From assembly GCA_945788685.1 (NCBI GenBank), contig CALZMZ010000009.1:1-50393 (forward strand): a stretch of 50,393 nt of DNA, in the 5' to 3' direction. Shown piece after piece: positions 8,988 to 17,615 of this stretch. The DNA is from Thermodesulfovibrionia bacterium. Lineage in GTDB: Bacteria; Nitrospirota; Thermodesulfovibrionia; UBA6902. Every line of letters starts with the position of its first letter. Within the stretch, counting starts at the first letter, position 1. The position numbers were made by a program, and so were the translations under genes. The notes under the pieces are model-generated. The model saw nothing but the letters and a program-made list of their open reading frames with translations. It had not been told where the DNA came from and ran no database searches.

Positions 8988-10436
8988 ATGTCCGCATTAA
9001 TAATATTTATTGATTCAAAAGCAAAATTTTATTTCATACTCAAATTAGGAGTATTGATGCTTCTCCTGGTTATCATCAGCTGTAATCCTCATAACACCAA
9101 TGAGAACATCACTCCTCTTGTGACCGGCGATGAGTCCTATTCACTCACGTCCGGGGGTATTCAATCTCAAAACCGATGGTGGGAAGCACTGAATGATCCT
9201 GATCTCGGATCGCTTATTGAAGAATCTCTCACTGCCAATCTTACCCTTAAGCAGATCCTTGCCAGGATCGAACAGATTGTTGCTGCTGACAAACAGGCCG
9301 CCTCATTCATGTTTCCGGAACTTAACGCAGGGGTATCAGTTAAGGAAGAATGGCAAGCCGACAATAAAGTGGAAAATACTTACAGCACTTCACTGTCGCT
9401 TTCATGGGAAATAGATGTATGGGGCCGTATCTCTTCAGCACAAAAGGCCGCATGGCATGATATAATGGCCACCCGCGAAGAACTTGAGGCAGCCGCTCTG
9501 ATCCTTAGCGCCGGGGTGGCTGATACATATTTCCAAATAGTTGAGCAAAACCTTCAGTTATCACTGCTTGATCAGCAGATAAAAGCTGGTGAAACATTTC
9601 TTGAGCTTATTGAACTGCGATTCGGTTATGGAGAGTCTTCTGTTGTTGATGTGTATCAGCAGCGTCAGCAGCTCGCTTCAACACGTTCGCAGGTGCCGGT
9701 TGTCAAGTCGCGTTTAAGGACTTTGGAAAACCGCCTGCAGGTCCAGCTTGGACGCTCACCCGGTGATCTGACTATGAAGGTTGCGAGTGAGTTTCCGGAA
9801 CTTCCTGAATTGCCATTGGCAGGCATCCCGGTTGATCTTTTGCAAAACAGGCCTGACCTGAGACGCATATATAATGAAATGACCGCGATTGACTATCGTG
9901 TTGCCGAAGCTGTAGCAGACCGTTTTCCAAAAGTCCAGCTTGGCGGCAGCGCGGGATTCACGGACGGTTTTTCTACATCTGACAGGCTGATTAATCTTCT
10001 GATGCAGGTAGTAGCCCCGGTCATTGACTGGGACAGGCGCAGTTCTGAAGTCAGAAGGCAGGAGGCCATGTTCAGGGAAGAGCTGGCCCGATACTCAGAG
10101 TCGTACCTGGTCGCAATAGAGGAAGTGGAAAATGCACTATGGCAGGAGAAGTATCAGCGTGACCTGCTTCAGGCACTTGATGACCAGATAATCATTGCAA
10201 GATCAAACCTGAATGAAACCCGTAACCGTTACCAGCAGGGCCTGACCGATTATCTGCCGGTCCTTACTGCCCTGCAGTCCCTTCAGCGTCTTGAGCGGGA
10301 CATCCTGTCAGGCAGGAGGCAGTTAATATCAATCCGGATACTTCTTCACAGGTCAATAGGAGGAACAAGGTTAATGGCACGTGCAGAGTCTGTTGAGAGT
10401 GCAAAAACAAATATATACGAAGGGATTGTCAAATGA
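8988..10436 (+). CDS. Outer membrane efflux lipoprotein (NodT/TolC family); true start may be downstream
   Basis: Lipobox IISC, WWEALNDP, SWEIDVWG, LLQNRPDL, terminal RSIGG. Confidence 0.92.
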   Translation: MSALIIFIDSKAKFYFILKLGVLMLLLVIISCNPHNTNENITPLVTGDESYSLTSGGIQSQNRWWEALNDPDLGSLIEESLTANLTLKQILARIEQIVAADKQAASFMFPELNAGVSVKEEWQADNKVENTYSTSLSLSWEIDVWGRISSAQKAAWHDIMATREELEAAALILSAGVADTYFQIVEQNLQLSLLDQQIKAGETFLELIELRFGYGESSVVDVYQQRQQLASTRSQVPVVKSRLRTLENRLQVQLGRSPGDLTMKVASEFPELPELPLAGIPVDLLQNRPDLRRIYNEMTAIDYRVAEAVADRFPKVQLGGSAGFTDGFSTSDRLINLLMQVVAPVIDWDRRSSEVRRQEAMFREELARYSESYLVAIEEVENALWQEKYQRDLLQALDDQIIIARSNLNETRNRYQQGLTDYLPVLTALQSLQRLERDILSGRRQLISIRILLHRSIGGTRLMARAESVESAKTNIYEGIVK

Positions 10437-11611
10437 AATACATTATTTCTTTTCTTATTATTCTTCTGGCTGTAGGGGCTGCTGTCGGACTTTACAGGAC
10501 AAGTCCCGAGACAAAGAGGACCGTCCCCAAACGCCCGGTTCCACTGGTTGAGACAGTGAACATACACCCGGGCAATGAGAATGTTTTTATAGAAGCATTC
10601 GGCACGGTTGTCCCGGCCATGAGCATAACACTGCAGTCCGAGGTTGAAGGGCGGATTATCAGTCAGAACCCTGACCTGATTCCCGGAGGGCTGATTAAAA
10701 GAGATGAAATGCTGGTCCAGGTCGATCCGGCTGATTATGAACTGGCGGTCCATGAATACAGGGCTGAGCTTGAAGAGGCTAATTTCGAACTCGATCTTGA
10801 AAAAGGGAAACAGGTCATTGCCGGACGGGAATGGGCATTAATGGAAAAAGAGATCAAGACAGCTGAAGCCGGTAAAAGCCTTGCCCTTCGTGAACCTCAT
10901 TTAAGACTGGCAAAGGCAAAAGTAGACAAGGCACAGAGCCGCCTTGCTACGGCAGAGCTGGCATTAAAAAGGACAACCCTCAAAGCACCTTTTAATGCTC
11001 TTGTACTTGAAGAGTTCATTGACAAGGGCCAACTGGTCAACAGGCAGACACCACTTGCAACAATTGTGGGTGCTGATCAGTTTCGGGTACAGGCATCAGT
11101 CCCGGTAGCAGTTCTTCAGCGAATCTCTGTGCCGGAAAAGACCGGACAGCGCGGTCCGTCTGTAAAGATCATATTTGAACCGGTCAGCGGCCCGCCTGTT
11201 GTTCGTTCAGGCCATGTATTGAGGATTATGGGAGACCTTGATCCTGAAGGGCGAATGGCACGGCTGCTTATCGTCATTGATGATCCGCTTAACCTTCATT
11301 CTGCTCATGCATCAGGCCGGACAAAAGGGAAGATTCTTCTGGGCAGTTATGTGAAGGTAATAATTAATGCCGGATCATTTAATAATGTATTCACTATCCC
11401 CAGGCAGGCCCTGCGGGAAGGTGACGTTATCTGGGTAAAAGACAGTGACGATACTTTACAGTTGCGGCAGGTCAATGTGGTTTGGCGCCGCAAAGATGAC
11501 GTTCTTGCAAAAATCAAACTTAAACCAGGTGAGGAATTAATACTGAGCAGGCTTCAGTCTCCATTGCCGGGAATAAAAGTGAAAGCAAGGGACAAAGGGG
11601 GAAAACCCTAG
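10433..11611 (+). CDS. RND periplasmic adaptor (membrane fusion protein)
   Basis: N-terminal TM, lipoyl motifs EVEGRI and LKAPFNA, coiled hairpin. Confidence 0.92.
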   Translation: MKYIISFLIILLAVGAAVGLYRTSPETKRTVPKRPVPLVETVNIHPGNENVFIEAFGTVVPAMSITLQSEVEGRIISQNPDLIPGGLIKRDEMLVQVDPADYELAVHEYRAELEEANFELDLEKGKQVIAGREWALMEKEIKTAEAGKSLALREPHLRLAKAKVDKAQSRLATAELALKRTTLKAPFNALVLEEFIDKGQLVNRQTPLATIVGADQFRVQASVPVAVLQRISVPEKTGQRGPSVKIIFEPVSGPPVVRSGHVLRIMGDLDPEGRMARLLIVIDDPLNLHSAHASGRTKGKILLGSYVKVIINAGSFNNVFTIPRQALREGDVIWVKDSDDTLQLRQVNVVWRRKDDVLAKIKLKPGEELILSRLQSPLPGIKVKARDKGGKP

Positions 11612-11642
11612 AACCCTGGACCCCTCGAATTCTGGAACCCTT
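11603..11642 (+). repeat. Degenerate octamer tandem array supplying the MFP stop codon
   Basis: AAACCCTA GAACCCTG GACCCCTC GAATTCTG GAACCCTT. Confidence 0.7.
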
Positions 11643-11649
11643 ACTTATT

Positions 11650-14600
11650 ATGGATACAAACAAAAACAGCGGCTTACTGGCTTGGATGACGAAGAACCAT
11701 GTGGCAGCCAACATTCTCATGCTGGCCCTTGTCATTGGCGGGCTGATCGTTATGTCTGATATCAAACAGGAGGTATTCCCGGAGTATGAGCTTGATATTG
11801 TGGATGTCACTGTCTCCTATCCCGGGGCAAGCCCTGAGGAAGTTGAAGAAGGTATCATCCTTGCAATTGAAGAAGAGGTCCGCGACCTTGAGAACGTTGA
11901 GCGGATGACAGCTGTAGCGACTGAGGGCAGGGCTTCAGTTACGGTTGAACTTCTCTCCGAAGCAAATCCGGACAAAACAGTTCAGGACATAAAGAATGGG
12001 GTAGACCGGGTCACGTCCTTCCCCGAAGATGCGGAGCGTCCTTCGATCAGCCTTAAAAAGCGCAGGCGCGGGGTTATGAGGCTCGCGCTCCATGGGGACA
12101 TTGAGGAACGCACACTATTTTACTTTGCCCAGAACATCCGGGAAGAACTCCTCGGGCTTGCTTCGGTTACGCAGGTGGAAATAAGGGGCGTAAGGAACCC
12201 TGAGATAAGCATTGAGATACCCCAGTCCGTCTTACGTTCATATGGCCTGACACTTGGGGAAGTCTCGGATATCATAAGTAAAAGCGCTGTAGATGTTCCT
12301 GCAGGGGGTATAAAGGCAGAGGGCGGAGAAGTACTGCTCCGAACATCAGAACGCCGTGACTATGCCAGTGAATTTATGGGCCTGCCGTTACTGAACAAGC
12401 CCGACGGCACAGAAGTGAAGATAGGGGACATAGCGCAAATCGTAGACGGGTTTGCCGATTCCGAACGTGAAGCATATTACAATGGTCAGCGTTCAGTCCT
12501 GTTCTTTATCTACCGGACAGGGGAGCAGACACCAATGGATATATCAAAGGCGGTCAGGGAATATGTTGATGCGCTTATCCCGACACTGCCGGAAGGAGTA
12601 AGCTTCAGTATTTACAGCGACAGGTCCGACCTGTACAAACAGCGGCTCGAGCTGCTCCTTCGCAACGGGACGTTCGGACTGATACTTGTCCTGCTGCTAC
12701 TTGGGCTGTTCATGGAACCAAGGCTGGCATTCTGGGTTGCAATGGGAATTCCCATCTCAATCTCCGGTTCATTCCTGATCCTGCAGTACGCAGGAGGCAG
12801 TATTAATATGGTCTCGCTTTTTGCATTTATTATTACGATCGGCATTATCGTTGATGATGCAATAGTAGTCGGTGAAAACATTTATTATAAGCGTGAAAGC
12901 GGTATCCCTCCCCTGCAGGCATCCATCGAAGGCGTCAGGGAAATGTCCTCAGTCGTTACCCTGGCTGTTCTGACTAATATCATTGCCTTTATCCCCCTGC
13001 TCTATGTACCGGGCGGTATCGGCAAGTTCTTTTCAATATTGCCGGCAGTGGTTGTTGCTGTCTTTCTTATCTCACTCGTTGAATGTCTCTTTGTCCTGCC
13101 TGCGCATCTCACGTACAGTTATAAAAGAAACAACAGCAGACTCATGCACGTACTGAACAAAGTCCCGCATTCCTGTGAAAGGGGGCTGGCCTGGTTTATC
13201 AAAAGGTGCTATACTCCCCTGCTTAACGCGGCAATATCAAACCGATACATTACAGCGCTTGCATTTCTTGCTGTGCTGGTCGTTGCATACGCATACTGGG
13301 ACAGCGGCCGTATTGACTTTTCATTCAGACCGAGGATACAGACCGACAGGATCGATGCTGAGGTCACACTTCCATACGGTGCTCCGATCAAAGATGTAAG
13401 ACGGATTGCAAAAATCATCGAGCAGGGCGGGCTTCGCGCCATAGAAAAGTCGGGCGGCATGAAGATACTGGAAGGTTCCATGACTGACATCGGACGCCGC
13501 GGGGCCAATACGGCTGAGATCACATTCTCCCTTGTCCCGCAAAATGACCGCGAGATAACTACCCGAGACTTCAGTATCCAATGGCGCAAAGAAGTCGGTG
13601 AGATTGCCGGTCTCGAGAGTCTCTTTTTTGATTACCTTGTGGGTCCCGGCGGATCAGCCGCCATTAATGTTGAATTAACGCATCCTGACCCTGAAACACT
13701 CGAACTTGCTGCAACCGAGCTTTCTGCCGCAATAGCAGAGTATGAAGGCACAACAGATATCAACGATGGATTTGCACAGGGCAAACTCCAGTATGATTTC
13801 AGAATGCACTCCGAAGGAAGGAGTTTAGGTCTGACCGCGCGTGACCTGGGAACACAGGTAAGGCACGCGTTTTATGGTGCGGAGGCAATGAGACAGCAGA
13901 GGGGCCGCGATGAGGTAAGAGTAAAAGTACGCCTTCCTGAATCAGAGAGAAAGTCGATTTACAATATGGAGCAGCTTATGATACGGACGCCGGAGGGCGG
14001 CGAGATTCCCCTGACAAGGGCGGCAGAATTAAAGAGCGGAAGGGCATATACAGAGATCATTCGCGTTGACGGAAAACGTGTTCTCAACGTAACAGCAAAC
14101 GTTATCCCGGGATTTGCCAATGAGCACAAGATAATGGCCGGTCTCAGAACAAACCAGCTGCCCCGGATCCTTGCCAGTTACCCCGGTCTTAAGTACTCAT
14201 TTGAGGGGAGGCAGAGGGAAACACGCAAGGCCCTCAATCACTTGCTGTACGGGCTCGTCTTTGCCCTTCTCGGCATATACACTATCCTTGCCGTCATGTT
14301 CAGAAGCTATACACAGACCATATTTGTAATGGTCAGCATCCTTTTCGGTCTTGCAAGTGCGCTGGCAGGGCATGTTATTATGGGCTATGATCTGAGCATT
14401 ATAAGCATATTCGGAATGATCGCCCTTTGCGGTATTGTCATCAACGGGGGACTTGTGCTGACAGTCACAGCCAACCGGATGAGAGACAAAGGTGAGGACC
14501 CTGTACAGTCAGCAATCAACGCAGGCATCCGCCGCTTCCGCCCGATAATGCTGACCGCGTTCACTACATTTATCGGCCTGGCGCCAATGATATTCGAAAC

Positions 14601-14754
14601 ATCAGTACAGGCGCGTTTCCTCATTCCCATGGCGATCTCACTCGGCTACGGCATTCTGTTTTCAACATTTGTCATACTGCTTCTGATACCAGCGCTTTAT
14701 GTAATTCATCAGGATGTTTATGCTTTTTTCAGGAAAAGTAAAGGAAGTCATTAA
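11650..14754 (+). CDS. RND efflux permease (AcrB/D/F family)
   Basis: 1034 aa; YPGASPEEVE, GIIVDDAIVVGENI, RFRPIMLT. Confidence 0.95.
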   Translation: MDTNKNSGLLAWMTKNHVAANILMLALVIGGLIVMSDIKQEVFPEYELDIVDVTVSYPGASPEEVEEGIILAIEEEVRDLENVERMTAVATEGRASVTVELLSEANPDKTVQDIKNGVDRVTSFPEDAERPSISLKKRRRGVMRLALHGDIEERTLFYFAQNIREELLGLASVTQVEIRGVRNPEISIEIPQSVLRSYGLTLGEVSDIISKSAVDVPAGGIKAEGGEVLLRTSERRDYASEFMGLPLLNKPDGTEVKIGDIAQIVDGFADSEREAYYNGQRSVLFFIYRTGEQTPMDISKAVREYVDALIPTLPEGVSFSIYSDRSDLYKQRLELLLRNGTFGLILVLLLLGLFMEPRLAFWVAMGIPISISGSFLILQYAGGSINMVSLFAFIITIGIIVDDAIVVGENIYYKRESGIPPLQASIEGVREMSSVVTLAVLTNIIAFIPLLYVPGGIGKFFSILPAVVVAVFLISLVECLFVLPAHLTYSYKRNNSRLMHVLNKVPHSCERGLAWFIKRCYTPLLNAAISNRYITALAFLAVLVVAYAYWDSGRIDFSFRPRIQTDRIDAEVTLPYGAPIKDVRRIAKIIEQGGLRAIEKSGGMKILEGSMTDIGRRGANTAEITFSLVPQNDREITTRDFSIQWRKEVGEIAGLESLFFDYLVGPGGSAAINVELTHPDPETLELAATELSAAIAEYEGTTDINDGFAQGKLQYDFRMHSEGRSLGLTARDLGTQVRHAFYGAEAMRQQRGRDEVRVKVRLPESERKSIYNMEQLMIRTPEGGEIPLTRAAELKSGRAYTEIIRVDGKRVLNVTANVIPGFANEHKIMAGLRTNQLPRILASYPGLKYSFEGRQRETRKALNHLLYGLVFALLGIYTILAVMFRSYTQTIFVMVSILFGLASALAGHVIMGYDLSIISIFGMIALCGIVINGGLVLTVTANRMRDKGEDPVQSAINAGIRRFRPIMLTAFTTFIGLAPMIFETSVQARFLIPMAISLGYGILFSTFVILLLIPALYVIHQDVYAFFRKSKGSH

Positions 14755-15073
14755 TTATTTCCAAAGAGACTTCGCAGAATAGATTTTTCGAAGAAAGTAG
14801 ACCAGACACAGCCTACTGAAAATTATTTATTATCTTGATGCTGGGAATTACTTTAAATCTGAAACTGCTTTCTAATAGTCAATAATCTGCAGTGAACTTC
14901 ATTTTTTATGATAAATCAGTGGACTTTCCCCTCTAATAAAGAATTTAATATCAGGCAGAAATTCATTTATGTATTGAAGTTATCGTGATTATTGATGCGG
15001 GCTTAAACTTACAGATTTAACTTTTTTATTGACAATCTCGATAAATGTAATAACTGAAATTAAGGGGTGACTA

Positions 15074-15835
15074 ATGAAGAAATTTACGTTTATCTTGTTG
15101 GTTGTTGTATCTGTGCTTACTTTTACAATATACGTTGGCGCAAGCACAAAAACACTGAAAATTGCAGGTTCACCTACAGTTCAAAAGAGAATAGTAGAGC
15201 CTGCTAAGCGTGCGATTGAGGATGCAACAGGTATTATTGTCAAAATTAGAGGGATTAACGCAGGAAATGGTTTTAAGGAACTTAGAAGAGGCAGAGTCCC
15301 TGCATTTATATCTTCAAGTCCCCTTAAATCACTTTTAGAGAAAGCAGGAATAGCAGGTAGTAAGAGATATCAAGAGCATGTAATAGCAGAAGAAGTAATA
15401 GTGCCGATAGTCCATCCTTCTAATCCTGTATCAGAACTTACATGGGAACAACTTTCTGCTATTAATACAGGAAAGATAAGCAACTGGAAAGATGTTGGTG
15501 GTCCTGGCATGTTAATTTCCGTTATTACTTCACAGCCAACAGCAGCAACAAGAACAGTTTTTCAAAAACAAGTCATGAAGATGCAACCATATGTCAAAAC
15601 TATAACTGAAGTGAAATCCACAAGAGACAAAATTGCTATGGTTACAAATGACAAAGGCGCAATAGGGGCAGTATCAGAAGGATTTGTCAAAATGTTTCCT
15701 GATATGGTCAAGGTTGTAAAGACAGCAAGGATTTCCAGACCATTAAGTTTTATTACTAATGGCGATCCTAATCCTGATGTAAAAGCTGTTATTGATTTCC
15801 TTAGAACTCCTGACGCAAAAAAACTCTATAAATAA
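15074..15835 (+). CDS. PstS-like periplasmic binding protein, orphan
   Basis: Signal peptide, LKIAGS.TV, IVHPSNPVSELT..QL..I.TGKI.NWKDVGG. Confidence 0.85.
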   Translation: MKKFTFILLVVVSVLTFTIYVGASTKTLKIAGSPTVQKRIVEPAKRAIEDATGIIVKIRGINAGNGFKELRRGRVPAFISSSPLKSLLEKAGIAGSKRYQEHVIAEEVIVPIVHPSNPVSELTWEQLSAINTGKISNWKDVGGPGMLISVITSQPTAATRTVFQKQVMKMQPYVKTITEVKSTRDKIAMVTNDKGAIGAVSEGFVKMFPDMVKVVKTARISRPLSFITNGDPNPDVKAVIDFLRTPDAKKLYK

Positions 15836-16178
15836 ACTATACAAAATTAATTCCTTCACAGATTATTGATAGCAGATATGAATCCTCACCTTTGACTTCA
15901 TGCCAGAATCATTAATAACATGAATGATACAGTGTTTTTTACGATATGTATCGTTTGTGAACATAATATGTATAAGTCAGTTACCATATAACCTCTCTCA
16001 TTTTGAAGCTAAGTCGGTAAAGCATCATAAGCATTCTTGCTCTTATTTTATTGAGAATCCGGCGTTATCAATATTCGGACAATAAATTTCTTCTTTTAAT
16101 AACTTGATGAAGTTTTTCCTGCAGAATCTATGCATATCATAAATAACTCTCCTCTTTTTTCCATGTATAGTTATTAAA

Positions 16179-16205
16179 GTTGAAGAATTTCATGAATTGC
16201 CGTAC
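16179..16205. repeat. Decayed REP-like palindrome
   Basis: GTTGAAGAATTTCATGAATTGCCGTAC resembles the reconstructed REP at 18453. Confidence 0.35.
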
Positions 16206-16237
16206 ATTAGAACTTACTTCTAGATTGGGAAAGGTGT

Positions 16238-17413
16238 TTGCTCATGCAGACCGGACTGGATATATGTAACAAAAGATGGCCTAAAAAGTTAAATGGTGCA
16301 CGTGTTGGTCTTGTAGTTCATCCTGCTTCTGTTAACAGCAGTTTTGAGCATGCAGTTGACTGTTGTGCCAGTTCAAACAGGTTTAAGTTAAAGGCACTCT
16401 TTGGGCCCCAGCATGGAATCAGGGGTGAGACACAGGACAACATGATCGAGTGGGCAGGGTTTAAAGACGGAAAAACCGGCCTTCCTGTGTACAGCCTGTA
16501 CAGTGATCAGAGAAAGCCGGTACCTGAAATGCTAAAAAACATTGATGTGATGCTCATTGATATGCAGGATGTTGGGGCACGTTACTATACATTTATTTGG
16601 ACCATGGAGTTGTGTATGCAGGCATGTCATGAGTTGGGAAAATCTGTAGTCATCCTTGATCGTCCCAACCCTCTTGGCGGTAACCTTACGGAAGGTACTG
16701 TACTTGATATGGAGTTCACATCATTTGTAGGACTGAGACCTTTGCCAGTGCGTCACGGCATGACCATTGCTGAGATAGCATGCTATATAAAAGATACATT
16801 TTATTCATCACTTGATTTGCATGTCATACCTATGAAGGGATGGGAAAGAAAGACGTGGTATGATCAAACAAGACTGCCCTGGATCATACCTTCCCCGAAT
16901 ATGCCAACACTGGATACAGCCATTGTATATCCCGGCATGTGTCTTCTGGAAGGCACCGAGTTAAGTGAGGGCAGGGGGACTACAAGACCGTTTGAGCTGT
17001 TTGGAGCGCCTTTTATTGATCCTGAAGTCCTTGTAAAGCGGCTGATGACCTTAAACCTGCCGGGGGTTGCTTTCAGGCCTGTTTACTTTCAGCCCACATT
17101 TCAGAAATTTGCAGATGAATTATGCGGAGGGGCACAGATTCATATCATTAACAGAAAGAAATATAAATCATTTAAAACCGGGGTAGCTGTTATTAAAACA
17201 GTTTATGATCTTTATAACAGTGAGTTTGAATGGAAAAACCCTCCCTATGAGTATGAAGAAAAGAAGATGCCCTTAGATATTCTTGCCGGGACAGACAGGC
17301 TGAGAAATGATATAGAAGCAGGCGAAAAAATTAATCATATGGAGGACTGGTGGAAACAAGAGTGTCTTGAGTTTGGAAAGAATGTCAGAAAGAAATATCT
17401 TATTTATAAATAA
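16238..17413 (+). CDS. namZ: Exo-beta-N-acetylmuramidase NamZ (DUF1343)
   Basis: LFGPQHGIRG, DMQDVGARYYTF, LDRPNP, PSPNMP, SEGRGTTRPFE. Confidence 0.9.
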   Translation: MLMQTGLDICNKRWPKKLNGARVGLVVHPASVNSSFEHAVDCCASSNRFKLKALFGPQHGIRGETQDNMIEWAGFKDGKTGLPVYSLYSDQRKPVPEMLKNIDVMLIDMQDVGARYYTFIWTMELCMQACHELGKSVVILDRPNPLGGNLTEGTVLDMEFTSFVGLRPLPVRHGMTIAEIACYIKDTFYSSLDLHVIPMKGWERKTWYDQTRLPWIIPSPNMPTLDTAIVYPGMCLLEGTELSEGRGTTRPFELFGAPFIDPEVLVKRLMTLNLPGVAFRPVYFQPTFQKFADELCGGAQIHIINRKKYKSFKTGVAVIKTVYDLYNSEFEWKNPPYEYEEKKMPLDILAGTDRLRNDIEAGEKINHMEDWWKQECLEFGKNVRKKYLIYK

Positions 17414-17428
17414 AAATTCAAACATTTC

Positions 17429-17535
17429 TGTCATTCCGCACTTGATGCGGAATCCATGGTTCAGCAAGTATGGATTCTCGATGCGAGTCTTTGCGAGAGT
17501 CGCTCCGACCGGCTCAAAAGACTACCGGAATGACA
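17429..17535. repeat. GTCATTCC...GGAATGAC double-hairpin MITE/REP-like element carrying a 32-bp insertion
   Basis: Terminal inverted repeat TGTCATTCCG/CGGAATGACA; homologous to the copies at 20760 and 41016. Confidence 0.85.
17478..17509 (-). mobile_element. 32-bp hairpin micro-insertion
   Basis: Absent from sibling repeat copies. Reverse complement is GTCGGAGCGACTCTCGCAAAGACTCGCATCGA followed by GAATC; 23/33 identical to 18468-18500. Confidence 0.7.
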
Positions 17536-17615
17536 AACGTGGCGAGCCATGGGGAATAATATCCCAAATGATTTAACATCAATAATATCTCTTTGAAAAA
17601 AGCTGTTTTGTACAT

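Noticed and set aside
15836-16178. Two short minus-strand ORFs (14 and 29 codons) with RBS-like sequences
   Set aside because: There is no recognisable homology; they may be chance or remnants.
17367-17576. Short ORFs over repeat elements (also 20598-20825 and 41008-41211)
   Set aside because: They are translations of palindromic repeats, not genes.
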